In this document: piece after piece, positions 9,084-19,941 of the stretch
How positions within the stretch are numbered: position 1 is the first letter of the stretch
How the letters are laid out: every line of letters starts with the position of its first letter
NCBI GenBank assembly: GCA_027046625.1
Contig: JALTXX010000016.1
Location: 1 to 64,000 of the forward strand
Direction of reading: 5' to 3'
DNA from: Candidatus Micrarchaeota archaeon
GTDB lineage: Archaea; Iainarchaeota; Iainarchaeia; JAADDC01
DNA: 64,000 nucleotides
The notes under the pieces: generated by a model
The model's input: the letters and a program-made list of their open reading frames with translations, nothing else
What the model was told of the DNA's origin: nothing
Database searches by the model: none
Translations under genes and position numbers: made by a program

Positions 9084-10520
9084 ATGTCAGAGGAGTTGGG
9101 GGTTTCCCATCCTAAGAGTTCTTTCTCCCAATGGTACCTTGATGTGGTGAGAAAAGGGGGTTTTATAGACCAGAGAACTCCTGTAAAGGGATGTGATGTG
9201 TTTACACCGTGGGGGTATGGCATATGGGAAAGGATTATGCAGGAAGCTGATAAATTATTCAAGGAAAGAGGCGTCAAAAATGCTTACTTCCCTATGTTTA
9301 TACCAAAATCCCTCTTAGAAAAAGAGTCTGAACATTTTGAAGGGTTTGTACCAGAAGTGGCGTGGGTAACCAGGGGAGGGAATGAGGAGTTGGATGAGTG
9401 GCTTGCCATAAGACCTACGTCTGAGACCATTATGTATTACATGTTTTCTCAATGGATTTCATCGTATAGGGATCTTCCTCTCCGGATAAACCAGTGGGTA
9501 AATATTGTTCGATGGGAAACCAAGGCTACAAAGCCCTTCCTCCGCTCGAGGGAGTTTCTTTGGCAGGAGGGGCACACGGTTCATACCTCCTTGTCTGAGG
9601 CAGATGAAGAGGTAAGGGAGATGATAAAGGTTTATGACAGGGTTGTAAGAGGACTGTGCGCATTGCCCTATCTACTCCTTAGAAGGACAGAATCAGACAA
9701 ATTTGCAGGTGCATATTACACAATAGCCTTTGATACATTTATCCCAGAGGCTGGAAGGATGTTGCAAGTTGCTACTGTACACAATCTGGGTCAAAATTTT
9801 TCCAAAGCGTTTAATATAACCTTCAAAGACAAGGACCAGAGAGTAAAACACCCATATCAAACTTCCTGGGGCTTCTCCACAAGACTTATCGGGGCGGCAA
9901 TTGCTGTGCACGGAGATGATAGGGGTGCCATCCTGCCGCCGGCGATAGCACCTATCCAGGTGGTTATCATCCCCATTATATTTAAGGGGAAGGAGGAGGT
10001 GGTAATGAACCATGCAAAAAAGATTTACAACGAGCTAAAGAAAAGAGGAATCAGGGTTCATGTGGATGACAGAGAGTGGTACACACCCGGGTGGAAGTAT
10101 AACGAGTGGGAACTAAGGGGGGTTCCTCTTAGGATAGAGGTGGGCCCGAAGGATGTAGAGAGGGAAGGATTTACACTTGTAAGGCGAGATACGGGGGAGA
10201 AGATATTTGAGAAAAATATAGATACTATACCTTCTCTTCTTGAGGATGTACAGCGCAATTTATATACGCGCGCAGAGCAGAGATTGCGGGAATCTATTGT
10301 TGAGGCGAAGGATATGGAATCTTTGAAAGAAGCTATTACGTCAAACAGAATAGGTAGAACCTATTGGTGTGGAGAAGAGAGCTGTGAGATAAATATCAAG
10401 GAGGAAACGGGCGGAGAGATAAGGGGATACAATCCAGAAGGGGAAGAAGTAGGGAATAATGTGTGTGTATACTGCGGGAAAAGGGCTAAGTATGTGGTTT
10501 ATGTGGCTAAATCTTGGTAA
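9084..10520 (+). CDS. proS: Proline--tRNA ligase (archaeal/eukaryotic type)
   Basis: RPTSET, RWE, FLRSREFLWQEGHT, QTSWGFSTR. Confidence 0.97.
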   Translation: MSEELGVSHPKSSFSQWYLDVVRKGGFIDQRTPVKGCDVFTPWGYGIWERIMQEADKLFKERGVKNAYFPMFIPKSLLEKESEHFEGFVPEVAWVTRGGNEELDEWLAIRPTSETIMYYMFSQWISSYRDLPLRINQWVNIVRWETKATKPFLRSREFLWQEGHTVHTSLSEADEEVREMIKVYDRVVRGLCALPYLLLRRTESDKFAGAYYTIAFDTFIPEAGRMLQVATVHNLGQNFSKAFNITFKDKDQRVKHPYQTSWGFSTRLIGAAIAVHGDDRGAILPPAIAPIQVVIIPIIFKGKEEVVMNHAKKIYNELKKRGIRVHVDDREWYTPGWKYNEWELRGVPLRIEVGPKDVEREGFTLVRRDTGEKIFEKNIDTIPSLLEDVQRNLYTRAEQRLRESIVEAKDMESLKEAITSNRIGRTYWCGEESCEINIKEETGGEIRGYNPEGEEVGNNVCVYCGKRAKYVVYVAKSW

Positions 10521-10525
10521 ACGGT

Positions 10526-11209
10526 TCAAAGGGATGGGTAATGAAGGAAGAAGTTTAGTATTCTTAGAAATTTTAGCTGATTTTCTACCAATTCTGGATA
10601 AAGATATCCGTGTGGCGGAAGAGGATGTTTGAATACCTTGAGCTTTTTATCTTTGCTCAATGTGTTGTATAAAGGGTCTGAGATCACGTTATCGACCATC
10701 AGTATGTACCCATCGTGTTTGGTGTTGTTTACAATCTTCCTTATGGTGTGAGGGAGCTCCTGTGAGGCGATGTTATAGAACTCCTCTGTTATGAGTTTTG
10801 TATGATCTATGTTGGCCACCTTGCTGGAGGTGGAGCCTCTACTGATAACGATAGACCCTATGGTGGGTGCCTTTGCATAGTAAACTTTTACATTCTTGTT
10901 TTTTGGAACGTTTACCTTTCTCAGAATCAACTCTATTCTTGAGAGATTGTTATCTGGTTCAAAGGGCATGCCCTCCTCTCCATAGGAGTGCACAATGATG
11001 GCAGGCCTCTTATACTTCTTGAGGAGCTTGTTGATGGTGAAATCCTGGGGGTACATATCTCTTATGGCGCTCAGTAGCAACCTGAGGTCTTCAGAGTTTT
11101 TAATGTGGGGGCGAAGCATCTCAATGATGCGTGCAGGCGGTACTTCCTCCACAATGTGGATGTGCTTGGAGGATCCTCTAACCTTCTCAAAGAGAGATCT
11201 TAACACCAT
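10526..11209 (-). CDS. Hypothetical protein
   Basis: ORF only; start uncertain (11209 or 11224). Confidence 0.55.
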   Translation of the reverse strand: MVLRSLFEKVRGSSKHIHIVEEVPPARIIEMLRPHIKNSEDLRLLLSAIRDMYPQDFTINKLLKKYKRPAIIVHSYGEEGMPFEPDNNLSRIELILRKVNVPKNKNVKVYYAKAPTIGSIVISRGSTSSKVANIDHTKLITEEFYNIASQELPHTIRKIVNNTKHDGYILMVDNVISDPLYNTLSKDKKLKVFKHPLPPHGYLYPELVENQLKFLRILNFFLHYPSL

Positions 11210-11239
11210 GTATGTATAATACAAAAGGAGTATTTATTA

Positions 11240-12031
11240 CTACTCCTCATAGAATACAATGGCGGCATAGTCCACCACATTGCTATAATCCCCAGTTTTT
11301 AACCCGGAATGGGAAAAATGAAGCAACTCTGGTGTTAAACCAAGCCTTTTAGCCCAGAGAATGAGAGTAGTAACGGGTCCGTACCCGCAGGGAGAAGCTC
11401 CCAATTCTTTCATCCTCTTTAGAAAGAGCCTTTCATCAAGCTTAAGTATTGCATCTATAAGCTTCATATCCATCTCTCTACCCTTATCTGCAGGTACGTA
11501 GTGGGAAAAGTCAGAGGAAGCAAGCAGTATAACATCCTCTGGGATGACAGCTGAAAGATCCTTTGAGTATTCCAAATCTTGGGCTAACATTACAATGGGC
11601 AAAAAGGAGAAGTTATCCCCAAACTTAAACTGAAGGAACGGCAATTGGACCTCGATTGAGTGTTCCTTTATGTGGGCCTCTACATCAAAGGATGCAAATG
11701 TACTATTTTCCACCACGTATGATGCAAGCTCCTCATCCACCTTTGCATAACCTAGAGGTGTTACCCACTCTCCCCCAGGAAATACAGAAACAAGGGTTCC
11801 TAGACCGGTGTGGTTAGGACCTATGATAACAAATCTATCACCTTCAAGATGTTTATACACATAGGAAGCTGTGAGGCCGGAGTAAACATAACCTGCATGG
11901 GGAACAATAGCCCCTCTGATCCTTTTTCCATTGTAGGAGGGAACCTCTCGAAAGAAACTATCTATCATTGTAATGAGCTCCTCTTTTTTCAGAGGATAAA
12001 AGTAGCCTGCTACCGCAGGATAACGTATCAT
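11240..12031 (-). CDS. MEMO1 / AmmeMemoRadiSam protein B
   Basis: PAVAGYFYP, PHAGY.YSG, GPNH, EHSIEVQLPF, SSDFSHY. Confidence 0.95.
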   Translation of the reverse strand: MIRYPAVAGYFYPLKKEELITMIDSFFREVPSYNGKRIRGAIVPHAGYVYSGLTASYVYKHLEGDRFVIIGPNHTGLGTLVSVFPGGEWVTPLGYAKVDEELASYVVENSTFASFDVEAHIKEHSIEVQLPFLQFKFGDNFSFLPIVMLAQDLEYSKDLSAVIPEDVILLASSDFSHYVPADKGREMDMKLIDAILKLDERLFLKRMKELGASPCGYGPVTTLILWAKRLGLTPELLHFSHSGLKTGDYSNVVDYAAIVFYEE

Positions 12032-12633
12032 GCCTCAAATTCCTCCAACTTTACGGGGAATTTATCTCTATTTTCTATCATCCCTCTGTTTGCCATATAT
12101 TCTCTTGCAAGGATGTAGTATATAAGGGCAAGAGATTTTTTGCCCCTGTTGTTACCTGGTATTGCAAGATCCACATTGGATAGTGTATTTCCACTATTTA
12201 GAATGGCAACAACAGGAATGTTCACCTTTGCTGCCTCTAATACAGCTTCTCTGTCAGCAATAACGTCGGTAACAATCACAAGGGATGGTTCCATATACTC
12301 TTTACCTCCTGGATTGGTGAATGTGCCTGGCACAAACCTGCCGGCAACGTAATTGGCCCCTATAACCTCTGCAAACTTCTTTACTATACCCTGAGCATAC
12401 TTCTTTCTGGCAACGGCCACAATTTCAGAGGCGTCGTATTGAGCTATAAACTTGCCCGCTATTCTTAGCCTTTCATCTATCTTTGCAATATCAAAAATGT
12501 TCAACCTATCGGGCCTTGTTTTGAATATAAACTGCTGCATATCCTTCGTTCGAGAGGTAGTACCGATGTGCACCCCAGCTGAGAGGTATAGCTCTACAGG
12601 CACCAGGAGCTGTCCTCCCTTGCGTTTGGCCAT
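12028..12633 (-). CDS. rps2: 30S ribosomal protein S2
   Basis: YLSAGVHIGT, GRFVPGTFTNP, IPGNNRG. Confidence 0.97.
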   Translation of the reverse strand: MAKRKGGQLLVPVELYLSAGVHIGTTSRTKDMQQFIFKTRPDRLNIFDIAKIDERLRIAGKFIAQYDASEIVAVARKKYAQGIVKKFAEVIGANYVAGRFVPGTFTNPGGKEYMEPSLVIVTDVIADREAVLEAAKVNIPVVAILNSGNTLSNVDLAIPGNNRGKKSLALIYYILAREYMANRGMIENRDKFPVKLEEFEA

Positions 12634-12689
12634 GGTAGATGATTTGGAGGGATAGCCTATTAAAAAGATCACCTGTCTTTCATGTTTCC

Positions 12690-14195
12690 ATGTTTGTAAG
12701 GAAGGAACACATAGAGGCACTCGCATCCCTCAAGGATGGAAGGGTTGTAAGAGGAAACGTTGTAACAGAGTTATACGCTCAGGGCTTGATAGATAGGGAC
12801 AAACACATAACAGAAGCAGGAGAGAAGCTTCTTTCGCTTAGGTTGGGTGATGTGTTTATAGCTAGTGATGTAATAAAGATAGGGGAGTTGTATGAAAAAA
12901 GCAAGTATATTCCAGCCCTGTGGGAGGAGGAACTGGAAAGAAGAGGACTGCAAAAGGAAGTGCTGCCAAAAATACTAGATATATATAGAATATCCAAGCC
13001 AAATCTCATTCTCACACCTCAAATAACCTCCTTCATAGACGAGATTCCTCCGGCGGGAGAATACGACATATTGATCAAGGCAAAAGACGTGTATGGAGAA
13101 GGGATCATAAACCTTATGCAGGCCATGAGATTGTTGTATATTTCCCCTCCTTATGAGAACGGAAGAACCTATGCACTCAGGGTGGGTGCCAGAAAACTCC
13201 AAGGGCTCCTATCTCTGACGGGTACCATAGTATTGGAAGAGCGGGATATGAACGCTTTGAAGAGGGAGGAGCCCACGGAAAAGCTTATAGATTATGGATT
13301 GCAGGATAAGGAAGGAAAAACTACAGAGATGGGTCAGGTAGTAAGGGAGATATACACAGAGGAGGAGTATGTGAGACCGGTATATCTCTTAGAGGATGAA
13401 ATAGAGGCTTTGAAGCGTTTGGAAGAGGGAAAAGAGATTGATAGAGGGACATATCTTATGCTCCAATTTAGGGGTATGTTGGATGAGAATGGAAATCCTA
13501 CTCCCGAAGGGAAAAGACTTGCATCCATGGGGGAGATTACCCCAGAAGGGGCTAGAGCCGTGGTGTATAGCTATGTAGGTGAGTTCCCTCACAAAGAGTG
13601 GCTGGAAGCGGCAAGAAGAGAACGTTTAATAGACTGGTGGATAACCTCAAAGGGTGAACTTATGTTGGAATTCTCAAGGAAAGCTATTTCATTTCCCTAC
13701 CTTACCAAGTATGATGTTGCAATTTTGTTGTTCCTTCCGAGGAATGAAGGTAGGACGGTAGAGGAACTGGAGAAAGAGGTAGCTGATAAAGTGGGGAGGT
13801 TTGAGCGCGCAGTGGGGGAGGCTGAAAGCAAAGGATTCGTGAGAGTTTTGCAGAATGAAAGCGTAATCCTTACACCCTTTGGGGAGAGGATGAAGGAGGT
13901 TGTAGAGTATGCAAACACCACAGAGCTATTATCTAAAACATTTATAGTAACGCCGCACTCATGGAAGGTTATAAGGGCTATAGGAGAGCACCCAGAGGAC
14001 ATAAACAAGCTGTGGAAGAAGGCAGAAGAAAATAAAAGAGATTACTACGAGGAGCTAACTAAATATGTATCCAAGGAAACGAGAATAGAGGAAAAAGAGG
14101 TAGAGAAGATATTAAAACTGCTTAGAATAACCGGATTCCTTGGAAGTAAATCCCTTACTGACGCTGGTAGAAAGCTCTTTAATATCCTTTCTTAA
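12690..14195 (+). CDS. DUF505-like protein with repeated wHTH-like units
   Basis: MFVRKEH start; repeated LT.xG motifs; AESKGFV. Confidence 0.7.
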   Translation: MFVRKEHIEALASLKDGRVVRGNVVTELYAQGLIDRDKHITEAGEKLLSLRLGDVFIASDVIKIGELYEKSKYIPALWEEELERRGLQKEVLPKILDIYRISKPNLILTPQITSFIDEIPPAGEYDILIKAKDVYGEGIINLMQAMRLLYISPPYENGRTYALRVGARKLQGLLSLTGTIVLEERDMNALKREEPTEKLIDYGLQDKEGKTTEMGQVVREIYTEEEYVRPVYLLEDEIEALKRLEEGKEIDRGTYLMLQFRGMLDENGNPTPEGKRLASMGEITPEGARAVVYSYVGEFPHKEWLEAARRERLIDWWITSKGELMLEFSRKAISFPYLTKYDVAILLFLPRNEGRTVEELEKEVADKVGRFERAVGEAESKGFVRVLQNESVILTPFGERMKEVVEYANTTELLSKTFIVTPHSWKVIRAIGEHPEDINKLWKKAEENKRDYYEELTKYVSKETRIEEKEVEKILKLLRITGFLGSKSLTDAGRKLFNILS

Positions 14196-15182
14196 ACTGG
14201 GGTGCACCGCCACAAACCAGTGAATACGGGATTCCTCTGCCCTCTTGAGAGATCTGATGAGGGGTGAAGCTTCTAATAAGCTCCTACCATCCTCTAGGAA
14301 TACATCTGGCCTTGAATAAAAGGCTGGCCTGTGTCCAAGGATAACATTATCCTCTCCGTATCTTTCAGAGAGGGTCTCATAAACCTCTCTTGCCTCCTCC
14401 TCGCTTCCCTTAAATACAAGTTTATATAGTCTTCTGTTTTCTATGTAATCCCACCACTTACTATTTATAGATCTGAGAGCTGAAACAATAGAATACTCAT
14501 CCATAGATTGTATCTCCTTTGCGCTATAGTGGTTCAACAGTTCTCCTACGGCTCTGGCAAACATCATATCTACTATTAGGGTGGTTCTATGAAAGTATAC
14601 GGCATCTCCTAGAATGAATCTTGCAACATAGAGGTGCTCCACATTGGAAAGAATGTCCTCCTTTATGATGATTTTGCCTTTTTCAGCCTCAATATGTCTT
14701 ATGATGCGTTCCCAAGGTATAATACCTACCCTAACACCTGTAAAGTACGAGTCTCTAACTAGATAGTCCAATCTATCTGTTCCCACTCCTCCATCGACTA
14801 GTATATTATCCTTATTACGAAGAATTTCTCGCCAAGAGAATGTACTGTTCTCTAACATCTCCTTTACGAGATGTTCCGTATACTTTTCATGATCAAAGGG
14901 ATACCCGTTCAATGAGAGGGCTATCTCTGTAAGGTGGGAGAAGGGTCCATGCCCTACATCGTGTAGCAACCCATAGACCGATAGTCTTTCGTCTATGTGA
15001 GAGGAGATGTAATACACACCAATTGAATGCTCGAATCTGGTATGATGGGCTGAAGGGTACACCATCCATGCAAGGGAGAGTTGAGATATTCTTCTAAGCC
15101 TCTGAAAGAGAGGATGATCAACAATCTCCTGCACGGGGCTGATGTTAATGTCTCCATGTATAGGATCTCTTATGTGTGCCAT
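14112..15182 (-). CDS. HD-domain phosphohydrolase (SAMHD1/dNTPase-like)
   Basis: DPIHG, FQRLRRI.QL, HTRFEHS, HDVGHGPFSH, DRLDYLVRD. Confidence 0.92.
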   Translation of the reverse strand: MAHIRDPIHGDINISPVQEIVDHPLFQRLRRISQLSLAWMVYPSAHHTRFEHSIGVYYISSHIDERLSVYGLLHDVGHGPFSHLTEIALSLNGYPFDHEKYTEHLVKEMLENSTFSWREILRNKDNILVDGGVGTDRLDYLVRDSYFTGVRVGIIPWERIIRHIEAEKGKIIIKEDILSNVEHLYVARFILGDAVYFHRTTLIVDMMFARAVGELLNHYSAKEIQSMDEYSIVSALRSINSKWWDYIENRRLYKLVFKGSEEEAREVYETLSERYGEDNVILGHRPAFYSRPDVFLEDGRSLLEASPLIRSLKRAEESRIHWFVAVHPSLRKDIKELSTSVSKGFTSKESGYSKQF

Positions 15183-15207
15183 AAAACAATAGGAAAGAAA
15201 ACTTATA

Positions 15208-15280
15208 TAGCCCCGCGGGGATTCGAACCCCGGTCACGGGAGCCAAAGTCCCGCATGCTTGACCACTACACCACGGGGCT
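15208..15280 (-). tRNA. tRNA-Gln(TTG)
   Basis: A1-U72 pair typical of archaeal tRNA-Gln; CT-TTG-GC. Confidence 0.95.
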
Positions 15281-15301
15281 TCCCAAAATATAAAGGGGAA
15301 G

Positions 15302-15511
15302 TTAAGGTATTTCAAACCTGTTGTAAAATGCAATGTCATCTATGAGGATGGTAGAGGATAGCATTACTGTTCTGCAGCAGTACCTTTTTATGTTAAGGTC
15401 CTCAAACACTTTCTTTGGATCCTCTCCTCTTTGGGTTCTCCTCTGAAATTCAAGGAATATTTTCCCTCCTATGGGCTTTCCACATGTGAAGCATCTAACG
15501 GGGGGTAACAT
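15302..15511 (-). CDS. rpoN: RNA polymerase subunit N (Rpo10)
   Basis: PVRCFTCGK...RYCCR. Confidence 0.97.
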   Translation of the reverse strand: MLPPVRCFTCGKPIGGKIFLEFQRRTQRGEDPKKVFEDLNIKRYCCRTVMLSSTILIDDIAFYNRFEIP

Positions 15512-15515
15512 GTTC

Positions 15516-15923
15516 TCACCTGTAGGATGTTTGCTTCTTTGCCCTCGCCTTTCTTCCAAGCGGCTTCTTGGGTTCTACCTGTCTTACATCATCTACTAAG
15601 AGAGTCCTGTCGTACTCCATGAATGTCTTTCTCAGTTTGTCTCCAAACACCTCTACGAGGGCCTTTGCTATGGCTCCTCGGGCTGCAACAGCCTGTCCCA
15701 TAAATCCTCCACCCTTTACGTTAACATAAATGTCCACCTTCTTCCCTAAGTCACCCGCAAGTATGAGCGGTTCTTCTATGAGCATGCGAACGTATTTGTT
15801 GTTTGTGTATGCATCTAGGAGGAATCCGTTTATTCTTATGATACCCTTCCCTGGATAGTACAATACCGCCCTTGCAACGGCGGATTTCTTCTTAGCTTTG
15901 GTGTTTATAACTTTTCCCTTCAT
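15516..15923 (-). CDS. rps9: 30S ribosomal protein S9
   Basis: GGGFMGQA, ARAKKQTSYR. Confidence 0.97.
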   Translation of the reverse strand: MKGKVINTKAKKKSAVARAVLYYPGKGIIRINGFLLDAYTNNKYVRMLIEEPLILAGDLGKKVDIYVNVKGGGFMGQAVAARGAIAKALVEVFGDKLRKTFMEYDRTLLVDDVRQVEPKKPLGRKARAKKQTSYR

Positions 15924-16324
15924 ATCTTGTCACCTAATTCTTTTGCTATATCTTTTAGGTATACGTAACGGGAAGGCACCCTCACGGTTATGCCTATCTT
16001 CTTCCCCTCAACCTTAACATTTCCTCGAAACACCTTTAACCGTTTCAGGAGCTTGCTCCTATCCTTTCTGTTTATCATGCCTGCAACAGCTTTTCTAAAT
16101 ATGCCCTCTACAGTTCTAGGCCAGCGGGGTGTTTGTTTTATGGGGTTACCAAGAGTTCTGAGTTCATATCTGCGCTTGAATTTGGGAAGTACACCCCTCA
16201 ATGTACCGGAAATGATGACATTTTCCACGTTTATAACAGTTACAGGATACCCCCTTCTCAGAAGGGTTGCCACCTCCGATGCCAACCTCCCTAACGGTTT
16301 GTTTGAACCGTCTATTACTATCAT
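15920..16324 (-). CDS. rpl13: 50S ribosomal protein L13
   Basis: IDG..LGRLAS; synteny. Confidence 0.95.
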   Translation of the reverse strand: MIVIDGSNKPLGRLASEVATLLRRGYPVTVINVENVIISGTLRGVLPKFKRRYELRTLGNPIKQTPRWPRTVEGIFRKAVAGMINRKDRSKLLKRLKVFRGNVKVEGKKIGITVRVPSRYVYLKDIAKELGDKI

Positions 16325-16665
16325 GCTACAATCACCACCCCTTTACCCTCCGGAAAGGATTCCAGCATCTCTTCTATGCTTAAAATCCTTCCTCCAGCTT
16401 CCTCTATCCTTTTTCTTGCCTTTGGGGTAACCTTCCATGCAGCTACAGTAATGGCTCTCTCTACTTTTCCATCGCCCAGTAGAACTCCAGGTACTACAAA
16501 TGTGTTTCCTTTTAGCTTGTTCAGCTTGTGCACATTTACAACAATCCTCTTCCTTGTAGGTCTACTGAGCAGCTCTGCCACCCTCTTCCATATGGGTTTC
16601 TTGGTCTTTTCCAAAGATACTATGAGGTTCCTGAGGTGTACATTTGTGGGTCCGGTTCGTTTCAT
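16321..16665 (-). CDS. rpl18e: 50S ribosomal protein L18e
   Basis: TGPTN, VVPG.LLGDG. Confidence 0.95.
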   Translation of the reverse strand: MKRTGPTNVHLRNLIVSLEKTKKPIWKRVAELLSRPTRKRIVVNVHKLNKLKGNTFVVPGVLLGDGKVERAITVAAWKVTPKARKRIEEAGGRILSIEEMLESFPEGKGVVIVA

Positions 16666-17378
16666 GAGAGATCACGCTCCACCTCTTCTAACATCTTTAT
16701 CAATTCATCTGATGCTGCCTCAATAAGGGATTTAAGATCCATATTGCCGTAGGTTTCCACGTACAGAATGAACTGATCGTCGTTTCTCTTTAGTGAAACG
16801 GTATCAGGATCCTCCTCTTGAATATCCTTTAAAAGGTTTAGCATTTCATCTGAAAGGCCAGCACTCGATGTGTTTTCTTCCTCTAAACGCTTCAAATCTA
16901 TATCTACCTTCTTTTTTACCTCTGCTCTGTAGACATATCTGTAGGATGCCAGCCCAGCCTGCCACTTTGCATGCTCTGTGGCCTTCCCCATCTTTACCTT
17001 GGCTTCAAGTCTAATGCGCTGCCCATCCACCAACTTTACAATAATAATCTTTCCATCTACAGGTTTTACGGACGGATCTGTAGATTTTAGTTGTTCTGCA
17101 TACACAACAGAGGGTCCTTCTGCTTCTAGAGAGAAGGTTACTTCGGTGTTTTCATCATACGTTCCGTATTCTGCCTTCAAAGGTATGAGTCCAAGTCTAT
17201 GAGCTATAAATTCATCCCAGAGAGGGGAGGTGTTCTCATATATGTATACATCCTCTATTGCAAGGGTAGGAACTTCTGAGATGACTGCTCTCCTAAATGC
17301 ATTCATCAGTCCCACGTTTGCTCCCTTTACAAGGAATGTAGCACTCTCCTCATCCCTTGAGAGAAGCTCAGCCTTCAT
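16662..17378 (-). CDS. rpoD: RNA polymerase subunit D (Rpo3)
   Basis: [24 protein letters not shown]. Confidence 0.97.
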   Translation of the reverse strand: MKAELLSRDEESATFLVKGANVGLMNAFRRAVISEVPTLAIEDVYIYENTSPLWDEFIAHRLGLIPLKAEYGTYDENTEVTFSLEAEGPSVVYAEQLKSTDPSVKPVDGKIIIVKLVDGQRIRLEAKVKMGKATEHAKWQAGLASYRYVYRAEVKKKVDIDLKRLEEENTSSAGLSDEMLNLLKDIQEEDPDTVSLKRNDDQFILYVETYGNMDLKSLIEAASDELIKMLEEVERDLS

Positions 17379-17755
17379 ACTCTTCTACCCCTTCTTCCAC
17401 CTCTTCTCCTTGTTCCATCGTGAGGAATGGGTGTAACATCATGTATCCTCACGATCTTTAATCCCTGCCTTACAAGTTCCTTTATTGCGGCCTGAGCTCC
17501 TGGGCCTGGGGTTCTTGACTTATTACCTCCAGGAGCCCTCACCTTTACAATGACATACTGGAAACCTAACTCCTTTAGCCTTTGGGCTACCTTCTCTGTA
17601 GCCTTCATGGCTGCATAGGGTGTCCTCTTCTTCCTATCTGCATCTACCACCTGCCCACCGGATGATATGGCAATGGTTTCTGCACCTGTTAGATCTGTAG
17701 CATGAACGATGGTGTTATTCTTAGAGGAGAGTATGTGTACAACCGCAACTTTCAA
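17375..17755 (-). CDS. rps11: 30S ribosomal protein S11
   Basis: [18 protein letters not shown]. Confidence 0.97.
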   Translation of the reverse strand: MKVAVVHILSSKNNTIVHATDLTGAETIAISSGGQVVDADRKKRTPYAAMKATEKVAQRLKELGFQYVIVKVRAPGGNKSRTPGPGAQAAIKELVRQGLKIVRIHDVTPIPHDGTRRRGGRRGRRV

Positions 17756-18273
17756 GCTTCAGCCACCTCCTGCTGAGACTGTTGAGAAGTAAACTTTACA
17801 TAATCCTCCATGTGGGGATCTACGCGTATGTACTCTTCTTCTCCCCTCTTAACCCAATAAGAGGGGATAGTAACCCTTCTATCACCCACAAACACATGCC
17901 CATGTACTATAAACTGACGTGCTTGCTTTACGGTTCTGGCATAACCCTTCCTCCACACTATGGTTTGGAGCCTCCTTTCAAGGAGGTCTTGAACAGTGAG
18001 GGAAAGCACATCATCTAAAGTTGCATTTTCTGGTAGCAAACCCAGCCTATATAACCTCTTTAGGAGCTCTTTTTCTCTTCTTTCCTTCTCCTCTCCTGAA
18101 AGTGGTAGAAGAGATCGGGCAATTGCTCTTATTCTTCTAAGTTCTGCCTGCACTCTCCACAGCTCTTTTTTGTTTTTTAGCCCGTATAACTTCATAAGTC
18201 TCCTTTCCTCTATAATCCTCTTTTTATCCCATCTTTTGAAGGGTCTTACCCATTTCTTCCTCAATCTCCTCAC
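17752..18273 (-). CDS. rps4: 30S ribosomal protein S4
   Basis: [26 protein letters not shown]. Confidence 0.97.
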   Translation of the reverse strand: MRRLRKKWVRPFKRWDKKRIIEERRLMKLYGLKNKKELWRVQAELRRIRAIARSLLPLSGEEKERREKELLKRLYRLGLLPENATLDDVLSLTVQDLLERRLQTIVWRKGYARTVKQARQFIVHGHVFVGDRRVTIPSYWVKRGEEEYIRVDPHMEDYVKFTSQQSQQEVAEA

Positions 18274-18277
18274 GTTA

Positions 18278-18736
18278 TCATCTCCTCTTTCTTCCTACCA
18301 CGGATATCTTATTCCTCCTCGGATGGGAGCGGGTTCTTTGTCCTCTGACCTTTAGACCTCTTGCTAGTCTTATACCTCTCCTTGTTCCTATTTCAAGGAG
18401 GTGTTTCTTAACTGTAATGATGTGAGTCTCGAGGTCTGTTCCGATATAGTGGGTATCCTTACCACTTTCTATATCTCTTGGGCTGTTAACAGCCCATCCT
18501 GGAATGCCATACTTTGTAGGATTCCTCACTATATCCTCCAGTGTTTTGTCCGCCTCCGGTGGCAGAAGCCCGAGAGGTTCTGAGGGGCTAATATTGAACT
18601 TTTCCTTTATAATATAGGATAGCATACGGGCTAGATTGTGACCAACTCCTTTAATACCTCTCAGTGCTTGATAAACTGGTTTTGTTCCATCCAGATCGAA
18701 GCCTGCTATGCGGATGATGGTCCTTACCTCCGCCAT
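18278..18736 (-). CDS. rps13: 30S ribosomal protein S13
   Basis: GIKGVG, GLKVRGQRT. Confidence 0.95.
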   Translation of the reverse strand: MAEVRTIIRIAGFDLDGTKPVYQALRGIKGVGHNLARMLSYIIKEKFNISPSEPLGLLPPEADKTLEDIVRNPTKYGIPGWAVNSPRDIESGKDTHYIGTDLETHIITVKKHLLEIGTRRGIRLARGLKVRGQRTRSHPRRNKISVVGRKRR

Positions 18737-18780
18737 AGAACCCCCTGTTGGTATATTGCCGTGGTTAGGGATTAAAAGGG

Positions 18781-19779
18781 TTATGAGGTTTGCTCCCCCC
18801 GACGCTTCCACATGGGAGGATACACACCTTTCTCCATGATTACTCTAAATGTATCGGCGATTACCCCTCTGTCCATTTCTAGCATTTCCTCTGTAGAGTA
18901 AAGGGAGTGTGCAAGCGCCACAAGTTCCCCCTTCTTTGTCATGAGAGCGATAAGAGCGTTAGGCTCTATACCTTCTTCTACTGATACAACTCCTTTTATG
19001 GTAAGATTAGCCCCATTTACGATAGATCCCACAGCGGAATCCCTGATTACAATCTTTGGAAGATGTTTGACGGCAACTTCCACGGGAAGAAGATATCTTC
19101 TTAGGAGCGAATCATCCCCATCCTCTTTCCAAAAGTGATAGGCATCTGTTAGATCTTGTAGTGTAACAGCACCCCACTCATCCAACCCTCCTACCCTTGT
19201 TCTTCTTAGCTCTACCATGTGAGCTCCGGTTCCCAATACAAGGCCCATGTCATGGCAGAGTTTCCTTATGTATGTACCCGCCTCTACTCCACTTCTAAAA
19301 AGGACATAGGTATCCATCTTTTCAAGGATGTTCAACCAGTATATTTCTCTTATTCTTAACCTTCTTTTGACGGAGGATTTCACGGGCGGGCGCTGGTATA
19401 TCTTGCCCTTAAAAAGGGAAGCTACCCGCTTTACCTCCTCAAGGGAGGCATCTCTATGAAGCTTCATCACCCCGACGTACTCTTTCCCTGCATTTAAGAG
19501 TGCATATAATACTTTAGTACCCCTGTTGATGCCTACTGGTAGAACACCCGTAACCCCTGGATCCAGCGTTCCGCTGTGGCCAGTTTTCTTAACGTTCAGG
19601 ATCTTTTTTACCCAGCTTGACACCTCATGAGAGGTGGGGCCTGGTGGTTTGTCCACATTTACAATAGAAGCTTGTAGAAGCTCTTCTACACTTCTCTCCT
19701 CAGGTGGTTTCCCCCAAGGACCCTCTGGCTCCTCAGATAATATATATACCTTTCTTTCCCGCTCCCAGGGAAATTTCAT
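18781..19779 (-). CDS. cbf5: H/ACA pseudouridine synthase Cbf5
   Basis: DKPPGPTSH, GHSGTLDP, GTYIRKLC, C-terminal PUA domain. Confidence 0.97.
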   Translation of the reverse strand: MKFPWERERKVYILSEEPEGPWGKPPEERSVEELLQASIVNVDKPPGPTSHEVSSWVKKILNVKKTGHSGTLDPGVTGVLPVGINRGTKVLYALLNAGKEYVGVMKLHRDASLEEVKRVASLFKGKIYQRPPVKSSVKRRLRIREIYWLNILEKMDTYVLFRSGVEAGTYIRKLCHDMGLVLGTGAHMVELRRTRVGGLDEWGAVTLQDLTDAYHFWKEDGDDSLLRRYLLPVEVAVKHLPKIVIRDSAVGSIVNGANLTIKGVVSVEEGIEPNALIALMTKKGELVALAHSLYSTEEMLEMDRGVIADTFRVIMEKGVYPPMWKRRGEQTS

Positions 19780-19941
19780 TTACTCACCTATGGGAAGGAG
19801 GTGTCTCTTGTTGAACCGCCTCTCCTTTATACCGTCACCCTTTGCCATTACGTAGAGGTCATCAATTACCTTGGTAACTTTTACTCTTTTGCCAGCATGT
19901 CTACCTCTCAGTACAATGCACTCCATCCCTTCCTTTATCAT
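19780..19941 (-). CDS. rpl14e: 50S ribosomal protein L14e (53 aa; absent from ORF track)
   Basis: MIKEGMECIVLRGRHAGKRVKVTKVIDD...RRFNKRHL; synteny. Confidence 0.9.
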   Translation of the reverse strand: MIKEGMECIVLRGRHAGKRVKVTKVIDDLYVMAKGDGIKERRFNKRHLLPIGE

